Shown piece after piece: positions 26,782-37,541 of a stretch of DNA of 64,000 nt. Numbering within the stretch: position 1 is the stretch's first letter; each line of letters begins with the position of its first letter. The notes under the pieces are model-generated. The model saw only the letters and a list, made by a program, of their open reading frames with translations. It did not search any database and was not told the origin of the DNA. The stretch covers positions 224,001-288,000 of IMG/VR virus record IMGVR_UViG_2595698293_000001. One strand, 5' to 3'. The translations under genes were made by a program, and so were the position numbers. This stretch comes from a virus (taxonomy: Duplodnaviria > Caudoviricetes).

Positions 26782-27210
26782 ATGAAAACATTAGAAGAAT
26801 TAATTAGAATAAGTAAAAATATCATTTATATTAACAATGTATTCAGTACTGGAAAAGGTCATCTTATTGTTGATGATGTTAGATACTTTTATTCTGAGTC
26901 TGCTCATATATGGTACAGTTCATTTTATGTTCGTGATTTTGAACCCGAGTGGGATTGTATTTCTTATTCGAGGGGTTTAAGTACAGTCACAACTATTTCT
27001 TCTATGAAGGAACATACTCACACACTCGATTGTTCAGAATTTGATTTAAGTGAAGAGATGCTTTTTCAGTACAGTACCATGTATTCCAGTCTTGAGCTGG
27101 AAGCTATATTCGTTAAAGTGTACCTGGATAAATTCACTGATATAGATGAATTTTGTATAAATCTCTCACAATACCCTTCGTATTGCGAAAAACTTGGATT
27201 AATACCATGA
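26782..27210 (+). CDS. family A protein
   Basis: SEEMLFQYSTMY. Confidence 0.75.
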   Translation: MKTLEELIRISKNIIYINNVFSTGKGHLIVDDVRYFYSESAHIWYSSFYVRDFEPEWDCISYSRGLSTVTTISSMKEHTHTLDCSEFDLSEEMLFQYSTMYSSLELEAIFVKVYLDKFTDIDEFCINLSQYPSYCEKLGLIP

Positions 27211-27623
27211 GTTACAGAAGTTCATTATTTTTTGCACAAAAGGTATACTATACCGTTCAGTGCTTTTATAATTCAGAATTTGATAATACAGTACTAAAAA
27301 AGACAGGAAATGACAGTGTATTTGATTACTACGATTATCAGAATTTATTTTTTGGTTATCCGGTCTTCAATACTACACAGATGGATTGTCATATTTCTCT
27401 TGATTTTTCTTTTATGACATTCAATTCATATAGTACAGACTATATGTCACTCGATTCTGTGGTTAGATTAAATTCTGATAACATAGTGTTAATTCATAAT
27501 AGCGAGGATTATGATTTCTTTAGTAATTCTTATACTGAAAAAGAATTGTTTGTTTGTACTGTATTTTCGTACCTAATTCTTAATAAATGCAAACCATTCT
27601 ATCTGGATTTGAGTATAATTTAA
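27207..27623 (+). CDS. family A-related protein (paralog of 28245 ORF)
   Basis: ATGA overlap; FSYL..KC.PFY.DL C-terminus. Confidence 0.75.
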   Translation: MSYRSSLFFAQKVYYTVQCFYNSEFDNTVLKKTGNDSVFDYYDYQNLFFGYPVFNTTQMDCHISLDFSFMTFNSYSTDYMSLDSVVRLNSDNIVLIHNSEDYDFFSNSYTEKELFVCTVFSYLILNKCKPFYLDLSII

Positions 27624-27642
27624 AGAGGGGATTTTCATTATC

Positions 27643-28245
27643 ATGCTAGAGAATTTTTATTCAAATTTAATGAAAGCTTTCCCTACAAAAGAGGAAGTTG
27701 GATTAGGCCATGTATCAGATTTGGATTATGATATTTACGTTGCTATGGTAATTGTTGGTCAAGCAAAAAGTGTTCATGAGGTTCATGAACGATGGACAAA
27801 ACTGGCGAATGAAAGAAATTATACAAATGAATTGAAATCTGAACCTGAAATACAAGGTAGATTGTTTATTGTAAAAAATACAAGAACATTAGAATTAATT
27901 TTGATACCTACTAAAGAAACATTTAATGAGATATCAAAAACCGAAGAATATCTTTTGAATAATCATGGAATTTCTTATAAATCAAAAGACTGGATTATTG
28001 ATACAGTACTGTACGTTTCTCGCAAAGATAGAGGATTAACAAGAGTACATGATTTATATTCTTCTGTTCTAAAAATTGTTACACCAAATGAATTTGGAAT
28101 ATTCAATTCAGAACAATATGATATAATCATGAACTGTATTAATGATAAAATATCAAGATGTTATAATCGTTGTGTATATCCAAATGGATATCATAGTAAT
28201 AAAAATTTTCACTACAAATACAATGAAATATGGAATAAAGTATAA
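27643..28245 (+). CDS. hypothetical protein
   Basis: 200-aa ORF, GAGGGG RBS. Confidence 0.8.
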   Translation: MLENFYSNLMKAFPTKEEVGLGHVSDLDYDIYVAMVIVGQAKSVHEVHERWTKLANERNYTNELKSEPEIQGRLFIVKNTRTLELILIPTKETFNEISKTEEYLLNNHGISYKSKDWIIDTVLYVSRKDRGLTRVHDLYSSVLKIVTPNEFGIFNSEQYDIIMNCINDKISRCYNRCVYPNGYHSNKNFHYKYNEIWNKV

Positions 28246-28640
28246 TGAACAACAACGAATCACTTTTTCTTGCTAAAAAGATATATAACACTGCACAACT
28301 TTTTTATAATTCAAGTTTCAACTGTACTGGATTTAAGAGAAGTTTTGTGGGGCTGGATTATGAATACAAATTTTCCAATTTAATTGTTTTCAGTACTGAA
28401 AATACATATGGCTGTTTCTTTTCTTTTAAAAAAAATATTATAATTTTTGATAATGAATTCGCCGGTATAATTGAATGTGAATACGAAGATGGAACACGTA
28501 ATTATCTTTCCCGTATAATGAATTTACATCAACAGTGCCAACCTGTGAATACAAAGGATAATATGTCAGTACTGACAATTTTTTCGTACTTAGCCCAGAT
28601 GAAGTGTCAACCATTCTATATGGATTTACGCATAATTTAG
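28245..28640 (+). CDS. family A-related protein (paralog of 27207 ORF)
   Basis: SLFLAKKIYNTAQLFYNS. Confidence 0.75.
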   Translation: MNNNESLFLAKKIYNTAQLFYNSSFNCTGFKRSFVGLDYEYKFSNLIVFSTENTYGCFFSFKKNIIIFDNEFAGIIECEYEDGTRNYLSRIMNLHQQCQPVNTKDNMSVLTIFSYLAQMKCQPFYMDLRII

Positions 28641-28652
28641 GGGGTATATTTT

Positions 28653-28952
28653 GTGTTAAAAATTCACTGTCGTAACGGTATATTTTTTTGTAACACTACA
28701 ATACATAACGGAAAGTTGATTTATCATAAAAGTGAGGATTCTTTTTATTATACCACCCATGTGAATTCTAAAAAAATGCACAAAATTATTGATTATTCAG
28801 GATTACAAGAGGATGAACTTTTCCAGATGCATTTAGTATATGATAAAGTACTTAATTTGGATTTTTACACTTTAACATATATTCAGACCAAAATGCGAGA
28901 ATTATCAAAAATTTATACTGCTGATTTTAAGATTATAACACCTGAAATATAA
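28653..28952 (+). CDS. family A protein
   Basis: QEDELFQMHLVY. Confidence 0.75.
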   Translation: MLKIHCRNGIFFCNTTIHNGKLIYHKSEDSFYYTTHVNSKKMHKIIDYSGLQEDELFQMHLVYDKVLNLDFYTLTYIQTKMRELSKIYTADFKIITPEI

Positions 28953-28953
28953 G

Positions 28954-29289
28954 ATGAATAAAAATATAAGAACCAATAATATTATGTGGTGCACTGTATA
29001 TAAACTGATTTATACTACTTATGCTCTTATACGATTGGTTAGCAAAAATAATACAAAAATCGATGTTTATTTCTATAATGACGGTACCAAAGAACACTAC
29101 TTAACAGAGGGTAATGATATATATGAAATTCATGATTTATGCTCTTTGAGCACAGAAGAACATTTCCAATTACTCACAGTATGGGATTATAAAACAGATA
29201 TTGATTTTGTTATTTCTGCACATAAACGCATAGAGGAACTTAAAAAGGATGAGTTTTTCAATCGTGTCGATACAGTGATTGAATATTAA
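28954..29289 (+). CDS. family A protein
   Basis: STEEHFQLLTVW. Confidence 0.75.
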   Translation: MNKNIRTNNIMWCTVYKLIYTTYALIRLVSKNNTKIDVYFYNDGTKEHYLTEGNDIYEIHDLCSLSTEEHFQLLTVWDYKTDIDFVISAHKRIEELKKDEFFNRVDTVIEY

Positions 29290-29456
29290 AAGAGCGTACA
29301 AAAAAATGATTTATGATAAAAATGTTGAGTATATAACCCAGTTCATAGTACTATCATACACCAGATATGGCAGTTCTGGTTCCAGGTATATTGATAGTAT
29401 ACTTAAACAACATATTGAGTTTAATGTTATCAATAACAAGAAAGGTTAATATAGAA

Positions 29457-29921
29457 ATGGGTTTTGATACAAGAGAAGGTGCACTCTTTTATGCAAATCA
29501 AATATGTAATTTAGTTTTGTATTACAAAAGTAATGAAAATTTATTAGATGAATATAAATGTTTGTATTCTAAAGTCGATGATGTATTAAGAATTTCTTTA
29601 GAAATAGAACACAAAAACCCATTCCCTGAATCAATTATTGATTTTCAAGAAAAATATATTAATTATATTCCAGGTAAAGAATGTGAATTAATTCTTTCCG
29701 ATGTATTTGGCCATAGTATCAAAATCGATCCCAGTGTTCTAAATGAAGAATTGAATACCAGTACAGAAGAAGGTTATTTCCAGAAGAGTACTATATACAA
29801 TTCTGATGAATTGTTCTGCATTATTCTTTTTGAAAATATAGTGCGTAAAATTCCTTTTCAATTCTACATTGATTTAGAAACAATTAATTACCTAATAAAA
29901 GAGAAAAATTATGAGATATAA
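29457..29921 (+). CDS. family A protein
   Basis: TEEGYFQKSTIY; start corrected. Confidence 0.75.
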   Translation: MGFDTREGALFYANQICNLVLYYKSNENLLDEYKCLYSKVDDVLRISLEIEHKNPFPESIIDFQEKYINYIPGKECELILSDVFGHSIKIDPSVLNEELNTSTEEGYFQKSTIYNSDELFCIILFENIVRKIPFQFYIDLETINYLIKEKNYEI

Positions 29922-30246
29922 AATATACAAAAGCGACCTCCTTGTTGTAGCTGAATACATTTGTGATGATATGTTCAATATGTTCAAAAATGAACATGAT
30001 TTTATTTTAAATTTAAGTACTAAAAAATTTAAGTTGAACTATTATGGTTCATATGAATTATCTGAACACTATTCAATTGATTTAAATGATTGTACTCAGA
30101 TGCAGGACGATGAATTGTTTCAATACTCTTTAATTTTTTATTTTAATTTATTAAGTTTAAAGGATATTGTATCGCTTCAAAAAGAAATGCTTACTATACA
30201 AGATGATACATATGGCACTAAAGAAATTAATTTTATTGACTTTTGA
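29911..30246 (+). CDS. family A protein
   Basis: QDDELFQYSLIF. Confidence 0.75.
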   Translation: MRYKIYKSDLLVVAEYICDDMFNMFKNEHDFILNLSTKKFKLNYYGSYELSEHYSIDLNDCTQMQDDELFQYSLIFYFNLLSLKDIVSLQKEMLTIQDDTYGTKEINFIDF

Positions 30247-30319
30247 ATGTATACGTGATAATATACGTGATAATATATGTGGTATGGGTGATACAAAACC
30301 ATAAAAAGAGGAATATATA

Positions 30320-30685
30320 GTGCAGACAAATCAAGAAATACAAATAAAATTAAAAATTAATAATTATTATAATAATACAGTTAGTGCTTCATATAATGAA
30401 GAAGTTTTGTACGAAATAAATTATTCCATGAATGATTCCATTTTTACATTTCGTGAGTACAATGGTATCACTTTAATAAGATCTTATATAATTCCAGTTA
30501 TTGATTATACCGAAATGCAAGATGATGAATTGTTTCAGTACTCTTTAATATACGATCTGGAACATGTTATTCCCTTTGACTCTATGGTTGAATTGCAGGG
30601 TATTATGAAATCACGTACACAACTACAAGGTGAGATTGAATACACATTTATCACAATGAATAAGAAGAATTATTATGTACAATGA
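30320..30685 (+). CDS. family A protein
   Basis: QDDELFQYSLIY. Confidence 0.75.
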   Translation: MQTNQEIQIKLKINNYYNNTVSASYNEEVLYEINYSMNDSIFTFREYNGITLIRSYIIPVIDYTEMQDDELFQYSLIYDLEHVIPFDSMVELQGIMKSRTQLQGEIEYTFITMNKKNYYVQ

Positions 30686-30914
30686 ATGTATTAAATCTCA
30701 CATAGAAAAAATAACTCTAATGTCTCCTGAGTATTTTACTTTACGAAATGCAAAAATTTATCGTAAAATACAAAAAGATGTTGTTAATTATTATCTTTCA
30801 TTGTACTGCAATGGAACTAAATCAAATTATATCATAATAGATATAAGGTCTATAATTGATGGTACATTTAGTATCCAGTACAGAGTGTACCAAAGGAGTT
30901 ACAATCATGACTAG
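30675..30914 (+). CDS. hypothetical protein
   Basis: part of overlapping ORF chain. Confidence 0.6.
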   Translation: MYNECIKSHIEKITLMSPEYFTLRNAKIYRKIQKDVVNYYLSLYCNGTKSNYIIIDIRSIIDGTFSIQYRVYQRSYNHD

Positions 30915-31188
30915 AGATGAATATTTTGTATTGCAATGCATCAATTCATTTTACTACGATATTACGATTAATTACAAATACAGGGAAGTATTATTCGAGT
31001 ATATTTGTGAAGCAGAAGAGTACTACAACAAAAAAATAAAAGGTGCACCATGCACAATAAAAAACATAAATGAAGATGCTATACTGGAGAATATACACTG
31101 TATTGGATTTAAACATATATTATTCACTGTATATATGTTTAATCTAAAGAATTCAACAATAACTCGATACGAGAATATAGAATTTTGA
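30907..31188 (+). CDS. family B protein
   Basis: AAGGAG; MTRDEYFVL. Confidence 0.75.
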   Translation: MTRDEYFVLQCINSFYYDITINYKYREVLFEYICEAEEYYNKKIKGAPCTIKNINEDAILENIHCIGFKHILFTVYMFNLKNSTITRYENIEF

Positions 31189-31409
31189 AAACAACAAAAA
31201 ATATATCAAAACAACAAAGTACTGATCTCATGTTTAAAGCTTATTTACAAGTGGAATTGGAAAGTAGTACTTCTCCAGAGTGGTCGAGTTATCGTTTATC
31301 TGAATTGTTCATGTTGTATCATTTGGGTACTACTAGTCAGGATGAAATGTCGGAGTTCTACATTTATGCACTTATTCATAAAATGAATTATGTACACAAT
31401 GGTAAGTAA
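31185..31409 (+). CDS. family C protein
   Basis: ELFMLYHLGTTSQD. Confidence 0.7.
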   Translation: MKTTKNISKQQSTDLMFKAYLQVELESSTSPEWSSYRLSELFMLYHLGTTSQDEMSEFYIYALIHKMNYVHNGK

Positions 31410-31613
31410 ATGAAAACATTAACAATTCCTCAGTGGTCTAATTTGTATGATTATTATCATGAAAAATACAAAACCAATTGCAAATCCAGTAAAGACGTGA
31501 TAAGATGTATTGAAGTGACATTGATTGCTTCACTTGGTACAGATAAACAAACATATTGTGTAGAGCAATATGTTGCAATGTTAATTGATTACACAAAGGA
31601 GTTTCAACATTAG
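31410..31613 (+). CDS. family C protein
   Basis: EVTLIASLGTDKQ. Confidence 0.7.
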   Translation: MKTLTIPQWSNLYDYYHEKYKTNCKSSKDVIRCIEVTLIASLGTDKQTYCVEQYVAMLIDYTKEFQH

Positions 31614-32043
31614 TACAAATTTATCTAGTGCAGAGTTAGATTTTTTAGTTCGAAAATGTGATCCTTATGTCCAAAAATTACTAAAGAAATGTAAAACATA
31701 TTCATACACAAATGTTAAATTACAGTTTGAATTTACTACAATAAAAATTTATTCCTGTGTGTTAATTGATTCTGATATTATACCAAAAAGAAGTTCATGT
31801 GAAATTCCTTTGGAAATCTTTTATAAGAAACATTATAAATTATTAAAGAAGTTGAATTATATTCAGTACTACAGTAATGCACATTTATATACTGAATTGC
31901 AATGTATGTATAATCAGTACCTTGAAAGCATGGGGGTATCTATTGATGATTTTGATGGATATCCTTTAAGTACTGAACAGATTAATTTATACAAATTTGT
32001 TTTTAATTTTAATTGTTCATTTTTAAGGAATGAATTAATATGA
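31585..32043 (+). CDS. hypothetical protein (start uncertain)
   Basis: 152-aa ORF. Confidence 0.65.
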   Translation: MITQRSFNISTNLSSAELDFLVRKCDPYVQKLLKKCKTYSYTNVKLQFEFTTIKIYSCVLIDSDIIPKRSSCEIPLEIFYKKHYKLLKKLNYIQYYSNAHLYTELQCMYNQYLESMGVSIDDFDGYPLSTEQINLYKFVFNFNCSFLRNELI

Positions 32044-32378
32044 AAAACGAATTGCGTGGTTTATTGAGTACTCAAACGTTTCTTAAACGAATATCCACAG
32101 AAGAAATAGATTTTATCAGGAAAGAATTACTAAATCAATTATTTGATAGTGCCATTAAAAATTTTGCAAATGATCTTACTGTAATACATAAAGATAAAAT
32201 TGTATCAATTAAAATTCTAGTGTGTAATACAAATACAAATACGTTTGAATACATTAAATCCGATTTTGTTATAAATGAATTTAGTTGTTCTTTATTCAAT
32301 GCTACCTGTCTTGTTGATAGTATTGAGGGTTACATCAGAATAACACGAGTACATTGTAAATTTATAGTGGATGGGTAA
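32040..32378 (+). CDS. hypothetical protein
   Basis: ATGA overlap. Confidence 0.7.
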   Translation: MKNELRGLLSTQTFLKRISTEEIDFIRKELLNQLFDSAIKNFANDLTVIHKDKIVSIKILVCNTNTNTFEYIKSDFVINEFSCSLFNATCLVDSIEGYIRITRVHCKFIVDG

Positions 32379-32650
32379 TGCAAAAATATGAATTTGACTC
32401 AGTAGATATCATCATAAGTACTTTGTGGGATATGGATCCTTCTTATACAACAGTGTATTATAAAATATTCTCTTCAATACAAGATGATTTTAATAAAAAA
32501 TACGCACAAAAAGAAGTACTCATAGAATCGAATAATAAAGTAATAAAAGAAAAAATATCGTACTACATTATTTCCTTTGGTGTATTGAAATTTATTTGTA
32601 CAAATGCATTTAGTAGACAATACTTCGGCGACAGGTGTCAATTATTATGA
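32378..32650 (+). CDS. family B protein
   Basis: QDDFNKKY. Confidence 0.75.
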   Translation: MQKYEFDSVDIIISTLWDMDPSYTTVYYKIFSSIQDDFNKKYAQKEVLIESNNKVIKEKISYYIISFGVLKFICTNAFSRQYFGDRCQLL

Positions 32651-32946
32651 CTAAAGAAGAATATATGAAAGTTTTGTTCATTAAAGAAATTTTTGTCCAA
32701 ATGGTATTGGGTACTGATTATTTGTACAAAAATGCATTCATTAACATTCTTGAAGTACTACAAGATGATTTTGATTCAAAGTATAATGGAATGAAAATAA
32801 ATTACAAAACATATAATCAGGATTATATTAAAATTATCAAAAAATATACAATTAATTTAAGTTCTGTAAATTTTGAAACTGCACTTGGAATGAGGTTTAA
32901 ACATTTTGATTATTATTTGATTCCCATGGGATTTAAAGATGAATAA
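32647..32946 (+). CDS. family B protein
   Basis: MTKEEY...QDDFDSKY. Confidence 0.75.
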   Translation: MTKEEYMKVLFIKEIFVQMVLGTDYLYKNAFINILEVLQDDFDSKYNGMKINYKTYNQDYIKIIKKYTINLSSVNFETALGMRFKHFDYYLIPMGFKDE

Positions 32947-33244
32947 ATTCGAATACCAATCAATACAATTAATTAAAGAGTATTCAAATTCTTTAAATAG
33001 TTCTTTAATTTTTAAAAATAATAATTATTTTTCTAAAATTTGTGATATAATTAATAATTATTTTAAATGTATATCTAAAGAATTTTCTCTAAAATATAAG
33101 AATAAAAACATAAAAACTGATGCAGATGTTTTTGTAATAGTGGGTTTCATTATACAACAAGATTTATGTGTTGTAAAATCACTGGTGAATAGTACTAATT
33201 ATTTCTTTAATTGTAAATCCCTTATAGAAGGCAAACTTTTGTGA
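32939..33244 (+). CDS. family B protein
   Basis: MNKFEY...EFSLKY. Confidence 0.7.
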   Translation: MNKFEYQSIQLIKEYSNSLNSSLIFKNNNYFSKICDIINNYFKCISKEFSLKYKNKNIKTDADVFVIVGFIIQQDLCVVKSLVNSTNYFFNCKSLIEGKLL

Positions 33245-33579
33245 ATAAACCAAACATTTATCTGGAATTTGATAACAGCATAAAGCAAGTTAATATGTTG
33301 AGATCAATTTTAAGAGATTGTTATATAGAAGCATATTACTACAAGAACTGGAATACTAAAATGTATTCTAATACATTATATTACTCATTCAATGAATATT
33401 TAGATTACATTTCCGAAGAATTCAATGAAAAATATAATTCAATTGTACTTACCTACAATTCAAAAGAACATGTACTGAATAATATAGAAATGAGTTTGAA
33501 ATTTATCACATTACATTTATCCAGTTCAGAATTACCAACGACAATTATTATTCATCCTTCATATCTGGATAAAATATAA
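33241..33579 (+). CDS. family B protein
   Basis: EEFNEKY. Confidence 0.7.
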   Translation: MNKPNIYLEFDNSIKQVNMLRSILRDCYIEAYYYKNWNTKMYSNTLYYSFNEYLDYISEEFNEKYNSIVLTYNSKEHVLNNIEMSLKFITLHLSSSELPTTIIIHPSYLDKI

Positions 33580-33782
33580 TGAATGATTTGGATTCACTGT
33601 TGTGGTATACTTTATCCGTTCTTTCATTTGAACGTGATAAACACAAAGTACAAGCTTCTAAAAATCCAGACATGTTACAGAAAAAGAAAGAATACGCATT
33701 AGTGTATTCTTTGGAAAAATCATTTATTTCTATGCATCTGGAATACAGAGAATACAGAACATCAAATGGTATTAAAAAATGA
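33579..33782 (+). CDS. hypothetical protein
   Basis: TAATG overlap. Confidence 0.6.
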   Translation: MNDLDSLLWYTLSVLSFERDKHKVQASKNPDMLQKKKEYALVYSLEKSFISMHLEYREYRTSNGIKK

Positions 33783-34114
33783 AATATAAATCCATAGTAC
33801 ACAAAAGATTTAAGTCAATATATTACACGGAAATTAATGTTCATAAAAAAGTAAAAGGTATTGATTTTTATATTGATAAAGTATATCTGGATTATGATGT
33901 AGTTACTAATACATTCGAATGTACAGACCTCTTTGATTCAATACCAGTACCTAACTTGGCTGAATTAAGTGAAGAAGAAGAATTTCAGTACTCATTAGTA
34001 TATGAAGATATATGGGGATTTAAATGGGATTATTATCGAATGGTGTCTTATCAAAAAGCACTAATATCCTCTATAAAAAAACAAAATTACTTATTAATTA
34101 ACCTGGAATATTAA
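33779..34114 (+). CDS. family A protein
   Basis: SEEEEFQYSLVY. Confidence 0.75.
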   Translation: MKYKSIVHKRFKSIYYTEINVHKKVKGIDFYIDKVYLDYDVVTNTFECTDLFDSIPVPNLAELSEEEEFQYSLVYEDIWGFKWDYYRMVSYQKALISSIKKQNYLLINLEY

Positions 34115-34115
34115 T

Positions 34116-34649
34116 ATGCAAAACAAGTACAACTATAATGACCCAGAATTTGCTACACTCGCATATGATATAGCAAAAATGGTAAAAGACTTAAAGGAAT
34201 GTGCTATTGGTACTAAGGATATCAGTACTGTAATGAATACCGATGTAAATTTTAAGAAAGAATTACAGGTGACTGATTCGACAAATCCATTGGCTGCATT
34301 CAAGAATTGTGTGGTAAATTACTATGGTGTAGTACAATGTAACATCGGATATAAATCCCACGAATGTAATATAGTAACTTTTGATGCATATGGAAATCTC
34401 CATGAAATTGATATTTATAAGGGTCAAAAATTAATCATTAAATTCATGGATAGATATCAATGTAGCATATCATATCATTTCGAATTACCAAAAATTGATG
34501 GTGCATTCATTGATAATTATGATGCTTATATTTTTCAGTTAAGCACTACAAATGAATATTACAGTATCATTGATTTTGTACTTAGAATGAAAATGAAATT
34601 CCAGAGTAATTTGTACTTAAAAGGAAGTATCCTTGATCTGGTGTTATAA
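34116..34649 (+). CDS. family A protein
   Basis: DAYIFQLSTT. Confidence 0.8.
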   Translation: MQNKYNYNDPEFATLAYDIAKMVKDLKECAIGTKDISTVMNTDVNFKKELQVTDSTNPLAAFKNCVVNYYGVVQCNIGYKSHECNIVTFDAYGNLHEIDIYKGQKLIIKFMDRYQCSISYHFELPKIDGAFIDNYDAYIFQLSTTNEYYSIIDFVLRMKMKFQSNLYLKGSILDLVL

Positions 34650-34654
34650 AATAT

Positions 34655-34840
34655 ATGAAAATTTTAACAAAAGAAGAAGTACAAAAACGATTATTTGTAC
34701 AACAAGATTATACAACAATGCATAGATTTCTTGAGCTTCGTTTATTGAATTTTATTGGTACAGATTATCAGAATTATTGTGTAGATTTTTATATCAAAAT
34801 GCTTGAATCCGAAATTAAACTAAAATTAAAATTAAAATGA
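34655..34840 (+). CDS. family C protein
   Basis: ELRLLNFIGTDYQ. Confidence 0.7.
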   Translation: MKILTKEEVQKRLFVQQDYTTMHRFLELRLLNFIGTDYQNYCVDFYIKMLESEIKLKLKLK

Positions 34841-35013
34841 AACACATTAATAGTATTCAGTACCTTAAATTGTACAAAAAAGCACTTGATAATTCCAGTA
34901 CAATGTTGGAGTTTAATGAAAACTTTTTCATATACGTATTGGGAACTAACTATCAAGAAAAGTTAATGCTTCCATATTTAGAAACTCTCTGCTATTCAAT
35001 GAAGAAAAAATGA
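34837..35013 (+). CDS. family C protein (not in track)
   Basis: ENFFIYVLGTNYQE; ATGA overlaps at both ends. Confidence 0.7.
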   Translation: MKHINSIQYLKLYKKALDNSSTMLEFNENFFIYVLGTNYQEKLMLPYLETLCYSMKKK

Positions 35014-35201
35014 AAATGTTAACTCCAACCGAATATGACAATGTAATAAGTTTAGTATATGTTTCTTTACCACGAAAATGTAGTTCTATTAGAAAATTTG
35101 AATTGTATTTAAAAGCGGTTCTTGACACCAATTACCAGTTACAAATTACAAATATATACATTTCCAGACTTATTCTACATATGCAAGGAAAAATTATATA
35201 A
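35010..35201 (+). CDS. family C protein
   Basis: ELYLKAVLDTNYQ. Confidence 0.7.
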   Translation: MKMLTPTEYDNVISLVYVSLPRKCSSIRKFELYLKAVLDTNYQLQITNIYISRLILHMQGKII

Positions 35202-35213
35202 TTCATTTGAATC

Positions 35214-35238
35214 AAAACCCCCCTTAATTGGGGTTTTT
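35214..35238 (+). terminator. intrinsic terminator
   Basis: AAAACCCC...GGGGTTTTT. Confidence 0.7.
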
Positions 35239-35305
35239 GTAATTGACTTTCTATATAATTTAATGTACAATAACAATAAATGTTAATAGCAAGAGGTATT
35301 ATGTT

Positions 35306-35635
35306 TTGAAAATCACACTAGGCGAAGATAAGTATATCAAATTTTTAATCAATTTATATCAATCATTTAATTCAATGCCAGGAGATACTGAATATGATAA
35401 GAATATAAAATTGATTTCTATAATTATGTTAGATACCATATGTGAACCACATATTGAGTATTTGAACAAAAAATACAAAAACAAAAGAGTAACAGATCGA
35501 TTTAATCATCCATATTATATTGGATATTTCAAAAGCACCCCATTGGCCTTCTTTGCTTATACATTTACTGTTAATTTTCATATGTACAGTTTCAAAGATT
35601 TATATTTAACTGAGGACATTTTATATTGTGAATAA
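35306..35635 (+). CDS. family B-like protein
   Basis: IEYLNKKY; upstream promoter. Confidence 0.7.
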   Translation: MKITLGEDKYIKFLINLYQSFNSMPGDTEYDKNIKLISIIMLDTICEPHIEYLNKKYKNKRVTDRFNHPYYIGYFKSTPLAFFAYTFTVNFHMYSFKDLYLTEDILYCE

Positions 35636-35936
35636 GTATGAGAGAATAGATAAAACTATACTAAAAACATTACAAATGATTTATCGATTGACTAATTCAA
35701 GACACCAATACACTGAAATATTCACTTATACATTTATTGAGTACCTCAATTCCAGATACGAATATTGTACTATAAATGATGATACATTCAATGTGGTAGA
35801 ATTTAAGATTGGGTTATTTGGTATTTTGTGTGTGATTAATAGTGAAAAAACCGGTAGAAATGAATACATTTATACCCATGATTTAGGTGATATAGATTTT
35901 GTTGTACAAAAAAACACCATAGAGATATCACAATGA
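35628..35936 (+). CDS. family B-like protein
   Basis: IEYLNSRY. Confidence 0.7.
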   Translation: MNKYERIDKTILKTLQMIYRLTNSRHQYTEIFTYTFIEYLNSRYEYCTINDDTFNVVEFKIGLFGILCVINSEKTGRNEYIYTHDLGDIDFVVQKNTIEISQ

Positions 35937-36250
35937 AACTATCAGAAGACAAATATTATAGTACTTTAGATTTAATTTCTGAATTATTTCATGATTATAA
36001 AATAAGAAAAACATATGCTTCTTATACATTGAGTAAATTGCTAGGTATTCATTATGAAGAATATATTCAGTACTTATCTATAAAATATAAAAATGCATTA
36101 TGTGATACTACTTCTCACGGAGAAGGTGTTATTATTGAATTTTCATATGATAAATTTGGTATTTTAATTTATTGTACCAACAATTCATATGGTTTTTGTA
36201 CAAGACTGGAGTTTGTGGAAATAATTACTGATGAAAAAACTGAAAAATAG
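35933..36250 (+). CDS. family B-like protein
   Basis: IQYLSIKY. Confidence 0.7.
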   Translation: MKLSEDKYYSTLDLISELFHDYKIRKTYASYTLSKLLGIHYEEYIQYLSIKYKNALCDTTSHGEGVIIEFSYDKFGILIYCTNNSYGFCTRLEFVEIITDEKTEK

Positions 36251-36557
36251 TATAGTACACAAAACAATAAAAATGATTAATACTTCTATCATTTATACAG
36301 ATTTTGTATATTGCTCACAAACATATAAAAATTTATTTGATTTACTAATGGAACCATATATTGAATATTTGAGAGAAAATTATATCAACAAACAAGGTTC
36401 AAGTGCGTATGGTTTTTCTGTGAATCATTTTATAAACATAGTTGAAATTAATTCAGATCACGACTGGTTAGTTATTATTAAAGGACAATCCAGCACTTTA
36501 TATTCACAAACTTATGTATATTTCTCAATTGATGATTTTATTATAAAAGATGAATAA
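36231..36557 (+). CDS. family B-like protein
   Basis: IEYLRENY. Confidence 0.7.
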   Translation: MKKLKNSIVHKTIKMINTSIIYTDFVYCSQTYKNLFDLLMEPYIEYLRENYINKQGSSAYGFSVNHFINIVEINSDHDWLVIIKGQSSTLYSQTYVYFSIDDFIIKDE

Positions 36558-36846
36558 AGAAAAAACACAAAGAACGATAGATTACATAGAAGAATTACTT
36601 TTTGATGATTTGTATATGGGTAATATTATTCCACACAATGGTTCGTTTTTGCATGATATAACATATGAAATATTAAAACCATTTATGGATTATCTTTATG
36701 TAAAATATACAGGAAAATTATGTTTAATTAATTCCCTTAATACCTGTTCTTATATTACTTCAGTTGAAATAAGAGTTGTTGTTGGTATTGTATTCCTCAC
36801 CAATTCAGAAAATAGTTACAAAATGAAGGATATAACAATAATATGA
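36550..36846 (+). CDS. family B-like protein
   Basis: MDYLYVKY. Confidence 0.7.
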   Translation: MNKEKTQRTIDYIEELLFDDLYMGNIIPHNGSFLHDITYEILKPFMDYLYVKYTGKLCLINSLNTCSYITSVEIRVVVGIVFLTNSENSYKMKDITII

Positions 36847-37052
36847 AAAAGATATCAGATTTGGTATATTATGAAATTTTTTATAAGTACTTTGACCGAT
36901 TTACTAATACTATTCTGGATAAACCGTACAGAAAATATGAAATTGAATTATTGGCGTTTATTGGAACAGATCAACAACAACAATGCCAAGATGATTATAT
37001 ACTATCATTGATTCGATACATGAGATTTTACCAAAATGATGAAGAATATTAA
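36843..37052 (+). CDS. family C protein
   Basis: EIELLAFIGTDQQ. Confidence 0.7.
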   Translation: MKKISDLVYYEIFYKYFDRFTNTILDKPYRKYEIELLAFIGTDQQQQCQDDYILSLIRYMRFYQNDEEY

Positions 37053-37230
37053 TATATTCGAAGCAGAAAAACTTCTAAACAAATATGAAAATGAATACAA
37101 ATACAACCAATGTGATAAATTAAGAAAATCCGAAATTCATTTTTTTGCGTTACTTGGTACTAATTTTCAGGATAACGTTTATCATTTTTATTTCGGTAAT
37201 TTACTTAACAAAGCGAGAAATATAAATTAA
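37036..37230 (+). CDS. family C protein
   Basis: EIHFFALLGTNFQ. Confidence 0.7.
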   Translation: MMKNINIFEAEKLLNKYENEYKYNQCDKLRKSEIHFFALLGTNFQDNVYHFYFGNLLNKARNIN

Positions 37231-37231
37231 T

Positions 37232-37414
37232 ATGAAACAGATTACTTTATTGGATTTATCTACCAGAAGAATAGTTGCAAGAAGAACAATGACTGAATAT
37301 AATGAACTTAGATATCATGAATTAAATTTGTTAGCATCACTTGGTACTAATTTTCAGGAAAATCATAATCAGATTTATATTACTGCCTTAAAAGATTCAT
37401 TAAAGATAAAATAA
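37232..37414 (+). CDS. family C protein
   Basis: ELNLLASLGTNFQ. Confidence 0.7.
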   Translation: MKQITLLDLSTRRIVARRTMTEYNELRYHELNLLASLGTNFQENHNQIYITALKDSLKIK

Positions 37415-37541
37415 AAATAATTTTTAATTTAAACTTGACATTTGTTCATTTTGTGATATAGTATTAAAATGAAATTCAAGTACTTGATTTTGTACTGAAA
37501 ATATTTTATCAAATTAAATCTATTCATTTGGGGTTAATAAA